Origin: Planctomycetota bacterium
GTDB taxonomy: Bacteria; Planctomycetota; PUPC01; DSUN01
Direction of reading: 5' to 3'
Length of the DNA: 40,988 nucleotides
Assembly: GCA_016872855.1 (NCBI GenBank)
Contig: VGYV01000003.1
Coordinates: forward strand, 1 to 40,988
In this document: one piece after another, positions 31,601 to 39,740 of the stretch
Layout of the letters: each line of letters begins with the position of its first letter
Position numbering within the stretch: the first letter of the stretch is position 1
Notes under the pieces: model-generated
Told to the model about the DNA's origin: nothing
The model's database searches: none
Seen by the model: only the letters and a program-made list of their open reading frames with translations
Translations under genes and position numbers: made by a program

Positions 31601-33558
31601 TGGAGGTGCGCCCAGGCCCTTCGCTCACCCCCGAGCAGACGGGTTGGATGCCCGACCCGCTGCTGCCGTTCCAGCCCTTCGACGTCGAGCCGGGCGGCGT
31701 CCGCTCCCTGCTCCTCACCGTCGAGGCGCCGCCCGACCTGCCGCCCGGCGACTACGATGGCCAGGTGACGGTTCAGCCCCGTGGCCACGAGCCGGTGCGG
31801 TTGGCCGTGCGGCTGCACTGCTGGGGCTTCGCGCTCCAGGGGCAGCCGCTCGCCGTCGTCGGCCATCTCGACGAGCAGGCGCTCAGCGCACGCTGCGCCG
31901 GCGGCAAGCACGTGCCGCGACCCGTCCGCGACGCGCTCTACGGCTTGCTCCTCCGCCACCGCGTGTGCCCGGTGCCGCTGCTCGGGGGCACCGAGGCGGC
32001 GGACGTCGAGGAGGCGCTCTACTGCGCCGAGCGCGGCGCGGCGCTCGTCGTCCTCCGCGAGGCATCCTCGGCCGCCGTGGCGCCCAACGAGGCCGAGGTG
32101 GTTCGCGCGGCCCAGGCCACCGACAAGCTCTTCGACGCCAGCGGGCGGCGCTGCGGCGCGCTCCTCCTGCCTCTGGCGCCCCCCGACGAAAAGACCCGCT
32201 CCCGCATGTCCGCCCTCGGCCGCGCCCTCGCCCGCGAGCACCCCGCCCTCCTCCTCTTGGCCGGCGGCGACGGCGAGCCGCCCGGCGACCTCATGGCCCA
32301 CGTCTGGCGCCGACCCCTCGGCACCGACCCGCCACGCCGGCCCCACGACAACGATGTGGACGTCCGCCTCTCCCGCACCGCTCGCCGCGAGGGCTGGGAA
32401 CTCGTCGCCGCCACCCCCGACTCCACCGTGCCCAGCCTCCTCCTTACCTGCCCGCTCCACCACGTCCGCCTCCTCCCCTGGCTCGCCTGGCAGCACGGCA
32501 TCCGCGCTCTCTTCCTCCGCAACCTCACACGCTGGCGCGAAGACGACGACCTGCGCGACGGCGTCCTCCTCTACCCCCCTGTGGGCGGGGCGTCCCTGCC
32601 CCGCGCGCCTGTGGGCGGGGCCTCCGCGCCCCGCGCGGGGGACGGAGCCCCCGCCCACAACGAGCCTTGCGGCTCCCTCCGCCTTGTAGCCCTCCGCGAC
32701 GGGGTGGAGGACTACGCCTGCCTTCGCCACCTGTGGGACCGCGCGCGGCTCCTGAGGGCGCGCAGCGCCGAGCGCCACGCCGCTCTCCTGGCCTCCGCCG
32801 AGCGCCTCCTGGCCGACGCCGCCGCTGGCATCGGCTCCCTCGAGCGCCCCTGCCGCGACCCCCAGGTGCTCGCTGCCCTCCGCACCCAGGTCTGCCGCGA
32901 GGCCGAACGCCTCGAAGCCGCCTGGTGGGCCGACGTGGACGCGGCGAAGGACCTCCCGCCCCCGCCGCCCGAGGTCGCCGCCAAGCCAGGCGACGCCCAT
33001 GTCGCCCTCACTTGGGCCAGAAGCCCCGACCCCAGGGTCGCCGCCTACAACGTCTATCGCGCCCGCGACCCGCGAGGCCCCTTCGTCCGCCTCAACCCCG
33101 CCCCCGTCGAGGGCCTCGCCTGGAGCGACCGCTCCGTGGCCGACGGCGTGGCGTATCACTACCTCGTCCGCTCCTGCCGCGACGAGCTGGTGGACGGCCC
33201 TCGCAGCCCCGCGGCCTCGACCGTCACGCGGCCGGCGCCGCGCGTGGTCTGGCTGCCCGGCGCCGCGCCGCGGCCGGGCGCGCCCGGGCCGCTCCGCGTC
33301 GCGGTCCGGCTCGAAGGGCCGGGCACCGCCGGCCTCCTGCCCCTCGTGCGTCCGCAGCTCGCCTACACCGTCGGCTCCGCCGCCCTCAGCGCCTTCGAGA
33401 ACATGAACCGCCAGGAGGACGGCACCTGGGCGCTCGACGTGCCCGACCCTGGCTGGGGCCACCTCGCAGGCAAGGCCCTCCGCCTCCAGGCCCGCATCGT
33501 GGACCGCCAGGGCCGCATCGTCGCTGCCCCCATCGAGCGCCTCGTGGCCATCGAATGA
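28699..33558 (+). CDS. 1619-aa multidomain protein: membrane domain, degenerate PHP-like domain, GH123-like/DUF4091 region, FN3
   Basis: WLCGDL, GCDFVALLD, FYVRARG..YTNPI, GEAESVQL, WMPDPLLP, PGDYDG, LLYP..SLRLVALRDGVEDY, LTW..AYNVYR. Domain names are by motif recognition. Confidence 0.72.
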   Translation: MPMPQVHFAVGMGAAALLGLPMLLWRRRWLLWLPLLMTLCGGVALLPDVVTRGRDFLAGPGHGRGHGPAANALFLHTWLDRQPALCTRAASDLAFQAVALMYLACAVGYAGFLRWGLPRMAEAEEALARLRRETASYRAVAPFVGVLPLLVAGAAVVWMLWPARHREAEGPQALDAGQWAQLVSRRMGVSPGQRLGIVHAAWDREGAWLCGDLGAMVAPGGPSVAELVEQAKANGCDFVALLDSAGPAGLAAARQKHPDMALVAGLVWDAPTKRGATQTVVLLPPQPREAEALADFRRRFARPGVSAEEALRWLDAHAASPKAQPVVLACPCAGGEGWPDLFSWRRTNGLFVGFLGLPGAERLSARDARSQWDPRVATVGGAWDGFLDRGFGLWGAATASGLGAKRGQAPFPQAEKEPVPFSPGEFARTHVWCRGRGPEAVLEGLRGGCAWAVEGAIVRALDFGVIAPTLERPARMGEVARVAPGDEVTVELDLDVPPTDFAGRPNQLDEVELVSNFDGDAEVVARFRNVREQRRIVHRLPPAADNNGGLGFYVRARGWRRLGDDAKLCFYTNPIRVLVRAGLPPPTPVAAPVRVAGGTGIPPVAPPTPPPTGKMPVPPVSPPAADDVRARLAAIGLPPSVQPIRVETFQKPPGRQWRGAHVSIIGDRGPALADEELRVELLQRIPLGEATRLFFRCYAVDCPRLALVARPGGGGAPGQAARELPDRQWVAFDLAFGDDLLPLRAAAARLRPPAEVQAIEWTAARLGPLSRFYITDVAVYDPTPASHQELALRQAVELDAALRETGGRSAAPSARQRAEAALGRLAAWRARLDPRKDPLGAEDLAAARRDLATLADEVQRLRWHDAMARTFALPDPRFAVTFAPPGQRISARNPAFRPTVQVARSGELAAAGGEAESVQLAVVALWDNLEAVAVEVSSFLPVAGGTAGLPSRGEPAAVSPSLALVDEVEVRPGPSLTPEQTGWMPDPLLPFQPFDVEPGGVRSLLLTVEAPPDLPPGDYDGQVTVQPRGHEPVRLAVRLHCWGFALQGQPLAVVGHLDEQALSARCAGGKHVPRPVRDALYGLLLRHRVCPVPLLGGTEAADVEEALYCAERGAALVVLREASSAAVAPNEAEVVRAAQATDKLFDASGRRCGALLLPLAPPDEKTRSRMSALGRALAREHPALLLLAGGDGEPPGDLMAHVWRRPLGTDPPRRPHDNDVDVRLSRTARREGWELVAATPDSTVPSLLLTCPLHHVRLLPWLAWQHGIRALFLRNLTRWREDDDLRDGVLLYPPVGGASLPRAPVGGASAPRAGDGAPAHNEPCGSLRLVALRDGVEDYACLRHLWDRARLLRARSAERHAALLASAERLLADAAAGIGSLERPCRDPQVLAALRTQVCREAERLEAAWWADVDAAKDLPPPPPEVAAKPGDAHVALTWARSPDPRVAAYNVYRARDPRGPFVRLNPAPVEGLAWSDRSVADGVAYHYLVRSCRDELVDGPRSPAASTVTRPAPRVVWLPGAAPRPGAPGPLRVAVRLEGPGTAGLLPLVRPQLAYTVGSAALSAFENMNRQEDGTWALDVPDPGWGHLAGKALRLQARIVDRQGRIVAAPIERLVAIE
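29910..29963. repeat. Inverted family G doublet, in-frame
   Basis: gaaaaggggacaggcaccttttcc / ggaaaaggagccagtccccttttc; encodes KRGQAPFPQAEKEPVPF. Confidence 0.88.
30487..30554. repeat. Inverted family A REP doublet, in-frame in a Pro-rich linker
   Basis: ggtggcacaggcatcccgcctgtg / cacaggcaagatgcctgtgccacc. Confidence 0.88.
31528..31555. repeat. Single family A-like REP, in-frame
   Basis: ggtgg cacggctgg cttgc ccagccgtg; encodes GGTAGLPSR. Confidence 0.75.
32580..32659. repeat. Three family B REPs, in-frame
   Basis: Two direct copies plus one inverted; encodes VGGASLPRAPVGGASAPRAGDGAPAH. Confidence 0.88.
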
Positions 33559-33603
33559 GGGGGTGTCATTTGACAGCATGTGTTTAGCGAGGAGGGCGCT
33601 TTT

Positions 33604-33716
33604 CTCCCTCTCCCTCGGGGAGAGGGTGGGGTGAGGGTGCTTGGGCTCCCGCGAGTTGCAGGGAAGGCACCCTCACCCGCCCGCCGATGGCGGGCGACCT
33701 CTCCCCGAGGGAGAGG
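33604..33716. repeat. Inverted family E doublet, intergenic
   Basis: ccctctccctcggggagagggtggggtgagggtgc / gcaccctcaccc...cctctccccgagggagagg. Confidence 0.85.
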
Positions 33717-33781
33717 TCGAGGCCCTCCGAGCCAAGGCTAAACGCGTACACTTGACACCCCCATTCCAAAGGAGGTCTATC

Positions 33782-34594
33782 ATGTCTCTTCACCGAAGTG
33801 TCCCACCCATCCTGCTGCTGGCCGCCGCGGCGCTCGCCGGCGGCGTGCCAGGCCGCGAGCCGCCGCCAAACTTCCCCGACATCGTCGCCCGCGTCCGCTG
33901 CGGCATCGGCGCCGTCGGCACCCTCAACCCCGCCAAGCGCCCCGCCCTCGAGTTCCACGCCTCAGGCTTCTTCCTCGACGACCGCGGCCGCTTCCTCACC
34001 GCCAACCACGTCCTCGACGCCATCGCCGAGCGCAAGCGCCTCGCCGACCTCCGCGTCTTCCTCCCCAGCGACGCCGACACCAACGGCCACCCCGCCACCG
34101 TCCTCGCCCGCGACCCCAAGCACGACCTCGCCCTCCTCGAGGTCAAGGGCGGCCAGTTCTTCCCCCTCGAACTCGGCGACTCGTCCCGCGCCCGCGAGGG
34201 CCAGGCCATCGCCCTCACGGGCTTCCCCTTCGGCTTCTTCCTCGGACTCCACCCCACCACCTGCGTCGGCATCATCAGCGGCATCAGCCCCATCGCCATA
34301 CCAGTCGCCAGCAGCAAGCTCCTCGACGGCGACACCATCGAGGCCCTCCGCAACCCCTTCAACGTCTTCCAGCTCGACGCCACGGCCCACCCCGGCCACA
34401 GCGGCGGCCCCCTCTTCGACCCTGCCACGGGCAAGGTCCTCGGCCTCGTCAACAGCGGCTTCATCCGGAAGACCAAGGAGAAGGTCATCTCCACCGGCAT
34501 CAGCTACGCCATGCCCATCCACCTGGCCAAGCCCATGCTCGACGAGGCCCTCAAGCCCAAGCCCGGCCCCCTGCCCCTCAAGGTGGACAAGTAG
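33782..34594 (+). CDS. Secreted trypsin-like (S1) serine protease
   Basis: Signal-like N-terminus; TANH, HDLALL and GHSGGP catalytic triad. AAAGGAGG RBS. Confidence 0.9.
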   Translation: MSLHRSVPPILLLAAAALAGGVPGREPPPNFPDIVARVRCGIGAVGTLNPAKRPALEFHASGFFLDDRGRFLTANHVLDAIAERKRLADLRVFLPSDADTNGHPATVLARDPKHDLALLEVKGGQFFPLELGDSSRAREGQAIALTGFPFGFFLGLHPTTCVGIISGISPIAIPVASSKLLDGDTIEALRNPFNVFQLDATAHPGHSGGPLFDPATGKVLGLVNSGFIRKTKEKVISTGISYAMPIHLAKPMLDEALKPKPGPLPLKVDK

Positions 34595-34598
34595 CAGC

Positions 34599-35288
34599 AT
34601 GGCAGAGGCAATGGGAGAGCACGATGAGGCCCGGCTCCACCTGGAGGTGGACGGCTCCGAGCTGCTGGTGAGCGTGCCCGTGCCGCTGGGGCCACGGACG
34701 CTCCTCGACCTTCTCCCGGCGGCGCGCGCCATTGCCCAAGCGCTCGCGGCCCACGCCGCTGAGGCCGCCGCCGCCCGCGGCCGCACCATCACCTGCCGCC
34801 GCGGCTGCGCCGCCTGCTGCCGACAGTACCTCAGCATCTCCGTGGTCGAGGCAGAGGCCCTCGCCCGCGCCGTCGCGGGCCTCCCCGCGCAGCGCCGGGA
34901 CGCCGTGCAGCAACGTTTCGATGCGGCGCTCCTCCGGCTCGAGCAGGCCGGCCTCCTCGACCCCGGCGCGCCCCGCGGCGGCCGACGCATCACCCTGCCG
35001 CCCCGTGAGACCCCGGCGGCCACGGTGGCGGCCACGTCACGCCGCTACTTCGGCCTCGCAATCCCCTGCCCACGGCCGCCAAGTGACAAGCAACGCGGCC
35101 TTCGGCCGCAACCAAACTCCAAACCTCAAACTCCAAATCCCAAACAAACCCCAATGCCCAAGCTCAAACGGCTGAACTGGGGCGCTGGTGCCAGGCCTTC
35201 AGGGCGTGTTGCCCAAATCCCCTTCAGGGGGATAGACCCGTTCGGAGTCCCGCCCTTAGGCGGATTGGGGCAGGAGAAGACCGCCTGA
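34599..35288 (+). pseudogene. YkgJ-family (CxxxCxxCC) cysteine-cluster protein, truncated and running into repeats
   Basis: CRRGCAACC is present. After IPCP (~35070) the expected FL..CxxYxxRPxxCR is absent and the frame continues through repeat DNA. Confidence 0.7.
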
Positions 35289-35346
35289 AGGCGGGACTCC
35301 CAACGAGTTCACCCTTTGGGCGACACGCCCTAAAGACCTGACACCA
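35095..35346. repeat. Repeat cluster: CGGCCTTCGGCCG hairpin, CAAAYYY heptamers, 32-bp inverted repeat enclosing a family C doublet
   Basis: IR arms at 35186-35217 / 35315-35346 (4 mismatches); family C at 35240-35304. Confidence 0.82.
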
Positions 35347-35574
35347 TTCCCGAGCACGGCGAATTGGGCCGTGGGGGCCTGGGGGCCGCAGGGTGAACGC
35401 AGGGGGCCGCGCCGGGCGAAGGGGTGACTCTGTCGCGCACCAGCATGGTGGTGGCCAGGAGTTGGCTCTTTCGCGCGAAAGAGCACAAACCCGCAGCTCC
35501 CTACCGCACTCGCGCCGGAGGAGAATGCTCCTGGCCCCGTCTCTGCCAGCTCGCTCTCGATGGGCAGGCAATGG

Positions 35575-36624
35575 TCAGCGGCGCACCCCGCGGTCGCCCG
35601 CGGGCGGGTCCGGCTTGCGACGCGGCGGGGCCGCCATCAGCGCTTCGATCTCGCCGGCGACCTGGCGCGCGGTCCTGTCCTCCTCAAGCGCCGAGATGTA
35701 CTGGTGCAGGGGGTTGTTCGGGGCCTCCCGCCACTCGTGGGTGCCGTTGGGGAAGATGTGGTTGTGGCCCTCGGTGACGAGCTTCCAGGGGGCACCCGTG
35801 CCGCGCACGGCGACGAGCACGGCGATCGGGTCGGCGCTATGGCGGTTCTTCGCCTCGCCCCCAAAGTACAGCTCGTAGACTCGGCGGACGGGGTTGTCCT
35901 TCGGGAGCTCGGTGAGGCGCTTGCCACTGGCGAGCGAGTCTGCGAACTCGCCGCCGCCGGTGAAGGTGATGAGGGTGGGCCAGGCGGCGACGGCGCGGAC
36001 GGTGGATTCGGGGTCGGGCTTGAAGTTGCCCCAGCGGCCGGGGTCGCGGTCGGCGGGGTAGCGGGTGCCCATGCACACCCAGTGCTTCACCTTGCGCGCG
36101 GCCAGATCGCGGCCGGTGAGGGGCGAGAGGCCGTCGGGCTGGGATTCGAGCAGGTAGCGGAGATTCGTCACGTCGCCGACGGTGACGATGACCACGGCCT
36201 TGTCGGGCTGGGCGGCGAGGAGCTTGCGGTAGAGCGTCGTGGCGTCGGGCGTGGCGTCGCCGCGGGGGACGTCGTTGGGGAACTCCTTGGCGATCTGCTC
36301 GGCGTAGCGCGAGCGGGGCTTGTGCGCGGGGGGGCCTTTGGGCACGCCGATGGGCAGGTCGGGCCGGCCGTAGTAGGTGTTGATGGCATCGGTACAGGGG
36401 GCCGAGAAGGGGTGCGTGGCCGAGCACATTGTCGCCAGAATCTCGGCCTCCCCCTTGTCGGCCAGGGCGTGGAGGATCGCCAGCGCCGCCGCATCGTCGC
36501 AATCGCTGTCCATGTCGGTGTCGAAGATGATCCGCACGGCCTCGGCGGCGCGGGCGGCGAATGACGCGCCGCAGGCCAGCACGATGGCCAAGAGAAGCAC
36601 GACACCGGGCGAGCACTTCCCCAT
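35575..36624 (-). CDS. Exported nucleoside hydrolase (IU-NH family)
   Basis: Signal peptide; IIFDTDMDSDCDDAAAL; NF..D; ADP. Confidence 0.88.
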   Translation of the reverse strand: MGKCSPGVVLLLAIVLACGASFAARAAEAVRIIFDTDMDSDCDDAAALAILHALADKGEAEILATMCSATHPFSAPCTDAINTYYGRPDLPIGVPKGPPAHKPRSRYAEQIAKEFPNDVPRGDATPDATTLYRKLLAAQPDKAVVIVTVGDVTNLRYLLESQPDGLSPLTGRDLAARKVKHWVCMGTRYPADRDPGRWGNFKPDPESTVRAVAAWPTLITFTGGGEFADSLASGKRLTELPKDNPVRRVYELYFGGEAKNRHSADPIAVLVAVRGTGAPWKLVTEGHNHIFPNGTHEWREAPNNPLHQYISALEEDRTARQVAGEIEALMAAPPRRKPDPPAGDRGVRR

Positions 36625-36635
36625 TTTCTCACGCC

Positions 36636-37670
36636 TCACGGTTTCAGGATGACGCCAATGGCCTCGCCGGGCGAGGAGACGAGTTTCTCGCAGGCGGCGG
36701 GGGCCTGGGCAAGGGGCACGATGTCGGTGATGAGGGGCTTGACGCGGAGGGTGCCTTCGGCGATGGCGCGAAGGCTCTCCTCGAGGTTCCGCTGGGTGGT
36801 CCAGGGGACGAAGACGGGCGGGTAGTCGGCCCCGTGCTCCCAGGCGTCGTCGTGGTAGCCTGGGCCTGGGCGGGCGGAGGAGCGGATGGCCACGTTCCCC
36901 AGGTCGGCTGCGAGGCCGAGGGTGACGCGGGCGCCGCCGACGGCAACGATGCGACCCCAGCGATGGCCGTCGGGCGCGGGCCTCATCATCTCATAGAGCT
37001 GCCTGGCCGCCTCGGTCGCCTCCCCGCCGAAGGCGAGAATCCCGCAGTCGAGGCCATGGCCGCGGCAGAACTCGGCGACGCGCGGCACGGGGTTCCCCTC
37101 GGCCACGTTGAACGCCGCGTCGGCCCCCGTGGCCTTCGCGATGTCGAGGCGCTTCGGAAAGCGGTCGAGGCCGGCGACGTGGGTGCCGCTGAGCTTGGCG
37201 AACTGCACGCAGAGCTGCCCTACGACGCCGAGGCCACAGATAGCGAAGTTCTCGCCGAACTGTGGCTCGGCTCGGCGGATGCAGTGGAGGGCGGTCGCGG
37301 CCAGGTGGCAGAACGCCGCCTCCTCGAACGACACGCCCTCGGGGATGGGCACCGTGAGGTTCACGGGCGCGACCGTATGGCTGGCGTGGAGTGCGAAGCC
37401 GCCGCCCATCGTCGCCACGCGGTCGCCCACCATGAACCGCGTGACCCCCTCGCCCAGCTTGATGATCGTGCCCCCGTTCTGATAGCCGAAGGGCCGGGGC
37501 GGGGCATCCGTTGGGTTCTTCCGCCGAGCCGGCACCCCGCCAAGCTCCGTCCCAGGGCTGATGAGCGACGCGGCGACCTCGATGAGCACCTGCCCCGGCT
37601 TTGGCTCGGGGATTGGCTCCTCGATCACCGCGAACTGCCCTCGCCCATCAATCGCTGCCACCCTGCGCAT
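36636..37670 (-). CDS. MDR-family alcohol dehydrogenase-like oxidoreductase
   Basis: SLISPGTEL, FGY, GDRV, GLGVVG Rossmann motif. Confidence 0.88.
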   Translation of the reverse strand: MRRVAAIDGRGQFAVIEEPIPEPKPGQVLIEVAASLISPGTELGGVPARRKNPTDAPPRPFGYQNGGTIIKLGEGVTRFMVGDRVATMGGGFALHASHTVAPVNLTVPIPEGVSFEEAAFCHLAATALHCIRRAEPQFGENFAICGLGVVGQLCVQFAKLSGTHVAGLDRFPKRLDIAKATGADAAFNVAEGNPVPRVAEFCRGHGLDCGILAFGGEATEAARQLYEMMRPAPDGHRWGRIVAVGGARVTLGLAADLGNVAIRSSARPGPGYHDDAWEHGADYPPVFVPWTTQRNLEESLRAIAEGTLRVKPLITDIVPLAQAPAACEKLVSSPGEAIGVILKP

Positions 37671-37720
37671 GCTCACCCTCGCTTTCAATGCCCATTCCGA
37701 GGTCGTTGCTCAACAGGGCC

Positions 37721-38668
37721 TCAGCGCCGCATGGATGATAGCTCCTGTTGCGCCCACCGAAGCACCTCCATTGACCTTGGATCCTCCGGATTCCGCTGGA
37801 GGAGCGCAACCGCTTCGTCCAGGTGGGTCCTTGCCTCTTGCGTCTCACCAAGACGCCCAAGACAACGCCCAAGGAAGAAACGGATTCGACCGAGGAAGTA
37901 CCGATCCGGAGAGTTGTCCGTCGGCAACTCTTGGACCAGCTGGAGAACCGTCCGGAGGCTCCCGGCCGCTTCGCTGTAACGACCATCAGCGGATAGAGCG
38001 ATCCCGAGGTTGAAATGGGCTTCGGGCCACGACGGAAACAGATTCGCTGCCGATGAGTAGCAATCGATGGCGACCTTGTTCTGGCCGATAGACCGGTAGT
38101 AGTTGCCCAACTGGAAGGAGGCCAGCGCACGTCCGTCGGTGGACATCTCTTGTGAACTGAGCAATGAAATCACGGCGGCAGTACGGAGGGCTGATCCAGG
38201 ATCGGAAGAGAAGCGAGAGCGTTGGAGCTGACTGACTAGATATTCAATCTGGCTTGTCTCCGGGGGCTGGGGGCTAGGTCGCCTGACCGAAGATATGCGC
38301 CTTACCGACGAAGTCTGTAGCCTCATGTCCTGGGGTTCCGCTGCCTGGCGTTGCGGCGTACTGGTCTCGATCGCGGCGGCAGCCGACTGGAACTGGCGCT
38401 CGATGAACGTGCGGAGGGCTGGGTCGCCGAGTAGAGTCTGGATCATTCGTTCGAGGGGTGACTGTCTGATCGTTCGCAGGAGGAGCGCGAGGCCCGGCAA
38501 TAGCACGGCTAGCACTGTAGCTCCACCCAGACACCACGTAGCCGCGATCGTAAGGGCCTTAGCGCAAGCCCATGCTATGCCAACCGAGGTGACGCCCAGA
38601 GCCGCAATCAGTGCGACGTCAGTCCTGATCGAGCTCGCTGCCTTGAGGGACTTGGATAACTCATCCAT
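37721..38668 (-). CDS. Membrane-anchored tetratricopeptide-repeat protein
   Basis: Two N-terminal TM segments; TPR motifs (FQLGNYY..A, AHFNLGIAL..G.Y.EA). Start 38668 or 38707. Confidence 0.75.
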   Translation of the reverse strand: MDELSKSLKAASSIRTDVALIAALGVTSVGIAWACAKALTIAATWCLGGATVLAVLLPGLALLLRTIRQSPLERMIQTLLGDPALRTFIERQFQSAAAAIETSTPQRQAAEPQDMRLQTSSVRRISSVRRPSPQPPETSQIEYLVSQLQRSRFSSDPGSALRTAAVISLLSSQEMSTDGRALASFQLGNYYRSIGQNKVAIDCYSSAANLFPSWPEAHFNLGIALSADGRYSEAAGSLRTVLQLVQELPTDNSPDRYFLGRIRFFLGRCLGRLGETQEARTHLDEAVALLQRNPEDPRSMEVLRWAQQELSSMRR

Positions 38669-38845
38669 CGTGGAGCCCCTGCCGTAAGTGGAAAGCCGCT
38701 TCGTCATGGCAGACCACATAGCTACCCCGCATGATAGCGACCTGAATCGCGGAGCGCAAACACGGCGAGCGACATTGCACCCGGCAAACACTCCGGGTAT
38801 GCTTGAACCTCTCTGGGGCCGCTCCGCGCAGCCTTCGATCCTCTC

Positions 38846-38938
38846 GGGTGCCACGCCCAGACTTGTTTGGGCGTGGGAGCAAGGGGTGAACGCGAGGGTG
38901 AGGAAGACACGCCCAAGCAGCAGCTTGGGCGTGGCACC
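38846..38938. repeat. REP doublet (REPIN) upstream of RAYT
   Basis: gggtgccacgcccagacttgtttgggcgtg / cacgcccaagcagcagcttgggcgtggcacc. Confidence 0.92.
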
Positions 38939-38959
38939 TGCAGCGTATGGGGACCGACC

Positions 38960-39523
38960 ATGGACGGCGTGGTGGTGAGGAAGGCCTGTCGGCGGTACAA
39001 CGACCCCGGGAATGCGCACGAACTGACATTCTCCTGCTTCCAGCGTCGCCGATTTCTGAGCAGGGATAGGACGCGGCTCTACCTCCGGGATGCCATCCTG
39101 ACTGCCAAGGTCGAGCATGCCTTCGACCTCCTTGCCTACGTGTTCATGCCCGAACACGCCCACATTCTCATCTGGCCTCGCGGAGAGCAATACGATGTCT
39201 CGGCCATTCTGAAGTCGGTCAAGCAACCGGTTGCGCGGAGGGCGGTCCTCTACCTGCGCCGGCACAATCCGCAGGGGCTCAGATGGCTTGCGACGGGGCA
39301 GAAGGATAAGCCGTACCGGTTCTGGCAAGCTGGCGGAGGGTACGACCGGAACATCATCAAGTCAGCAACCATTCGGCAGGCCACGGAGTACATTCACAAC
39401 AACCCTGTCCGCCGGGGACTTGTCCAGGCTCCGGAGGACTGGTATTGGTCGAGCGCCCGCGAATGGGTCGAGCCCGGAACCGGCCCGTTGCCGGTGGACA
39501 GGGCCTCGTTCCCCTCAACCTGA
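38960..39523 (+). CDS. rayT: REP-associated tyrosine transposase (RAYT; Y1 HUH family)
   Basis: HELTFSC, YVFMPEHAH (HUH), FWQ..GYDRNI, YIHNNPVRRGLV (catalytic Y) and DWYWSS; flanked by inverted REPs. Confidence 0.93.
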   Translation: MDGVVVRKACRRYNDPGNAHELTFSCFQRRRFLSRDRTRLYLRDAILTAKVEHAFDLLAYVFMPEHAHILIWPRGEQYDVSAILKSVKQPVARRAVLYLRRHNPQGLRWLATGQKDKPYRFWQAGGGYDRNIIKSATIRQATEYIHNNPVRRGLVQAPEDWYWSSAREWVEPGTGPLPVDRASFPST

Positions 39524-39548
39524 GGGCACTGTCGGAAACAAGAGGCGC

Positions 39549-39697
39549 GGGTGCCACGCCCAAACTCGTCTGGGCGTGCAAGTGAAGGGTGGACGCCAAG
39601 GTGGAGAAGACACGCCCAAGGAAGAGCTTGGGCGTGGCACCCGCGCTTCTCCTCGGGAGGTCAATGGGTGCCACGGGCAAACTCGTTTGTCCGTGTC
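39549..39697. repeat. REP doublet plus one extra REP downstream of RAYT
   Basis: gggtgccacgcccaaactcgtctgggcgtg / cacgcccaaggaagagcttgggcgtggcaccc; third copy gggtgccacgggcaaactcgtttgtccgtg. Confidence 0.92.
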
Positions 39698-39740
39698 TTT
39701 CGCAACACGAAGTGGGTAGGGATTCTGACACCTGCGCGCG

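Noticed and set aside
29248-33579. 1443-aa antisense ORF and other long shadow ORFs
   Set aside because: They mirror real genes in high-GC DNA and carry no recognisable motifs.
33752-33783. sigma70 promoter at TTGACA before the protease
   Set aside because: There is no acceptable -10 at 16-18 nt spacing; that region is the RBS.
38669-39328. N-terminal extension of the TPR ORF (535 aa)
   Set aside because: It is antisense to RAYT and its REPs; the real start is near 38668-38707.
38960-39523. IS200/IS605 element with tnpB
   Set aside because: There is no tnpB; the motifs and flanking inverted REP doublets fit RAYT.
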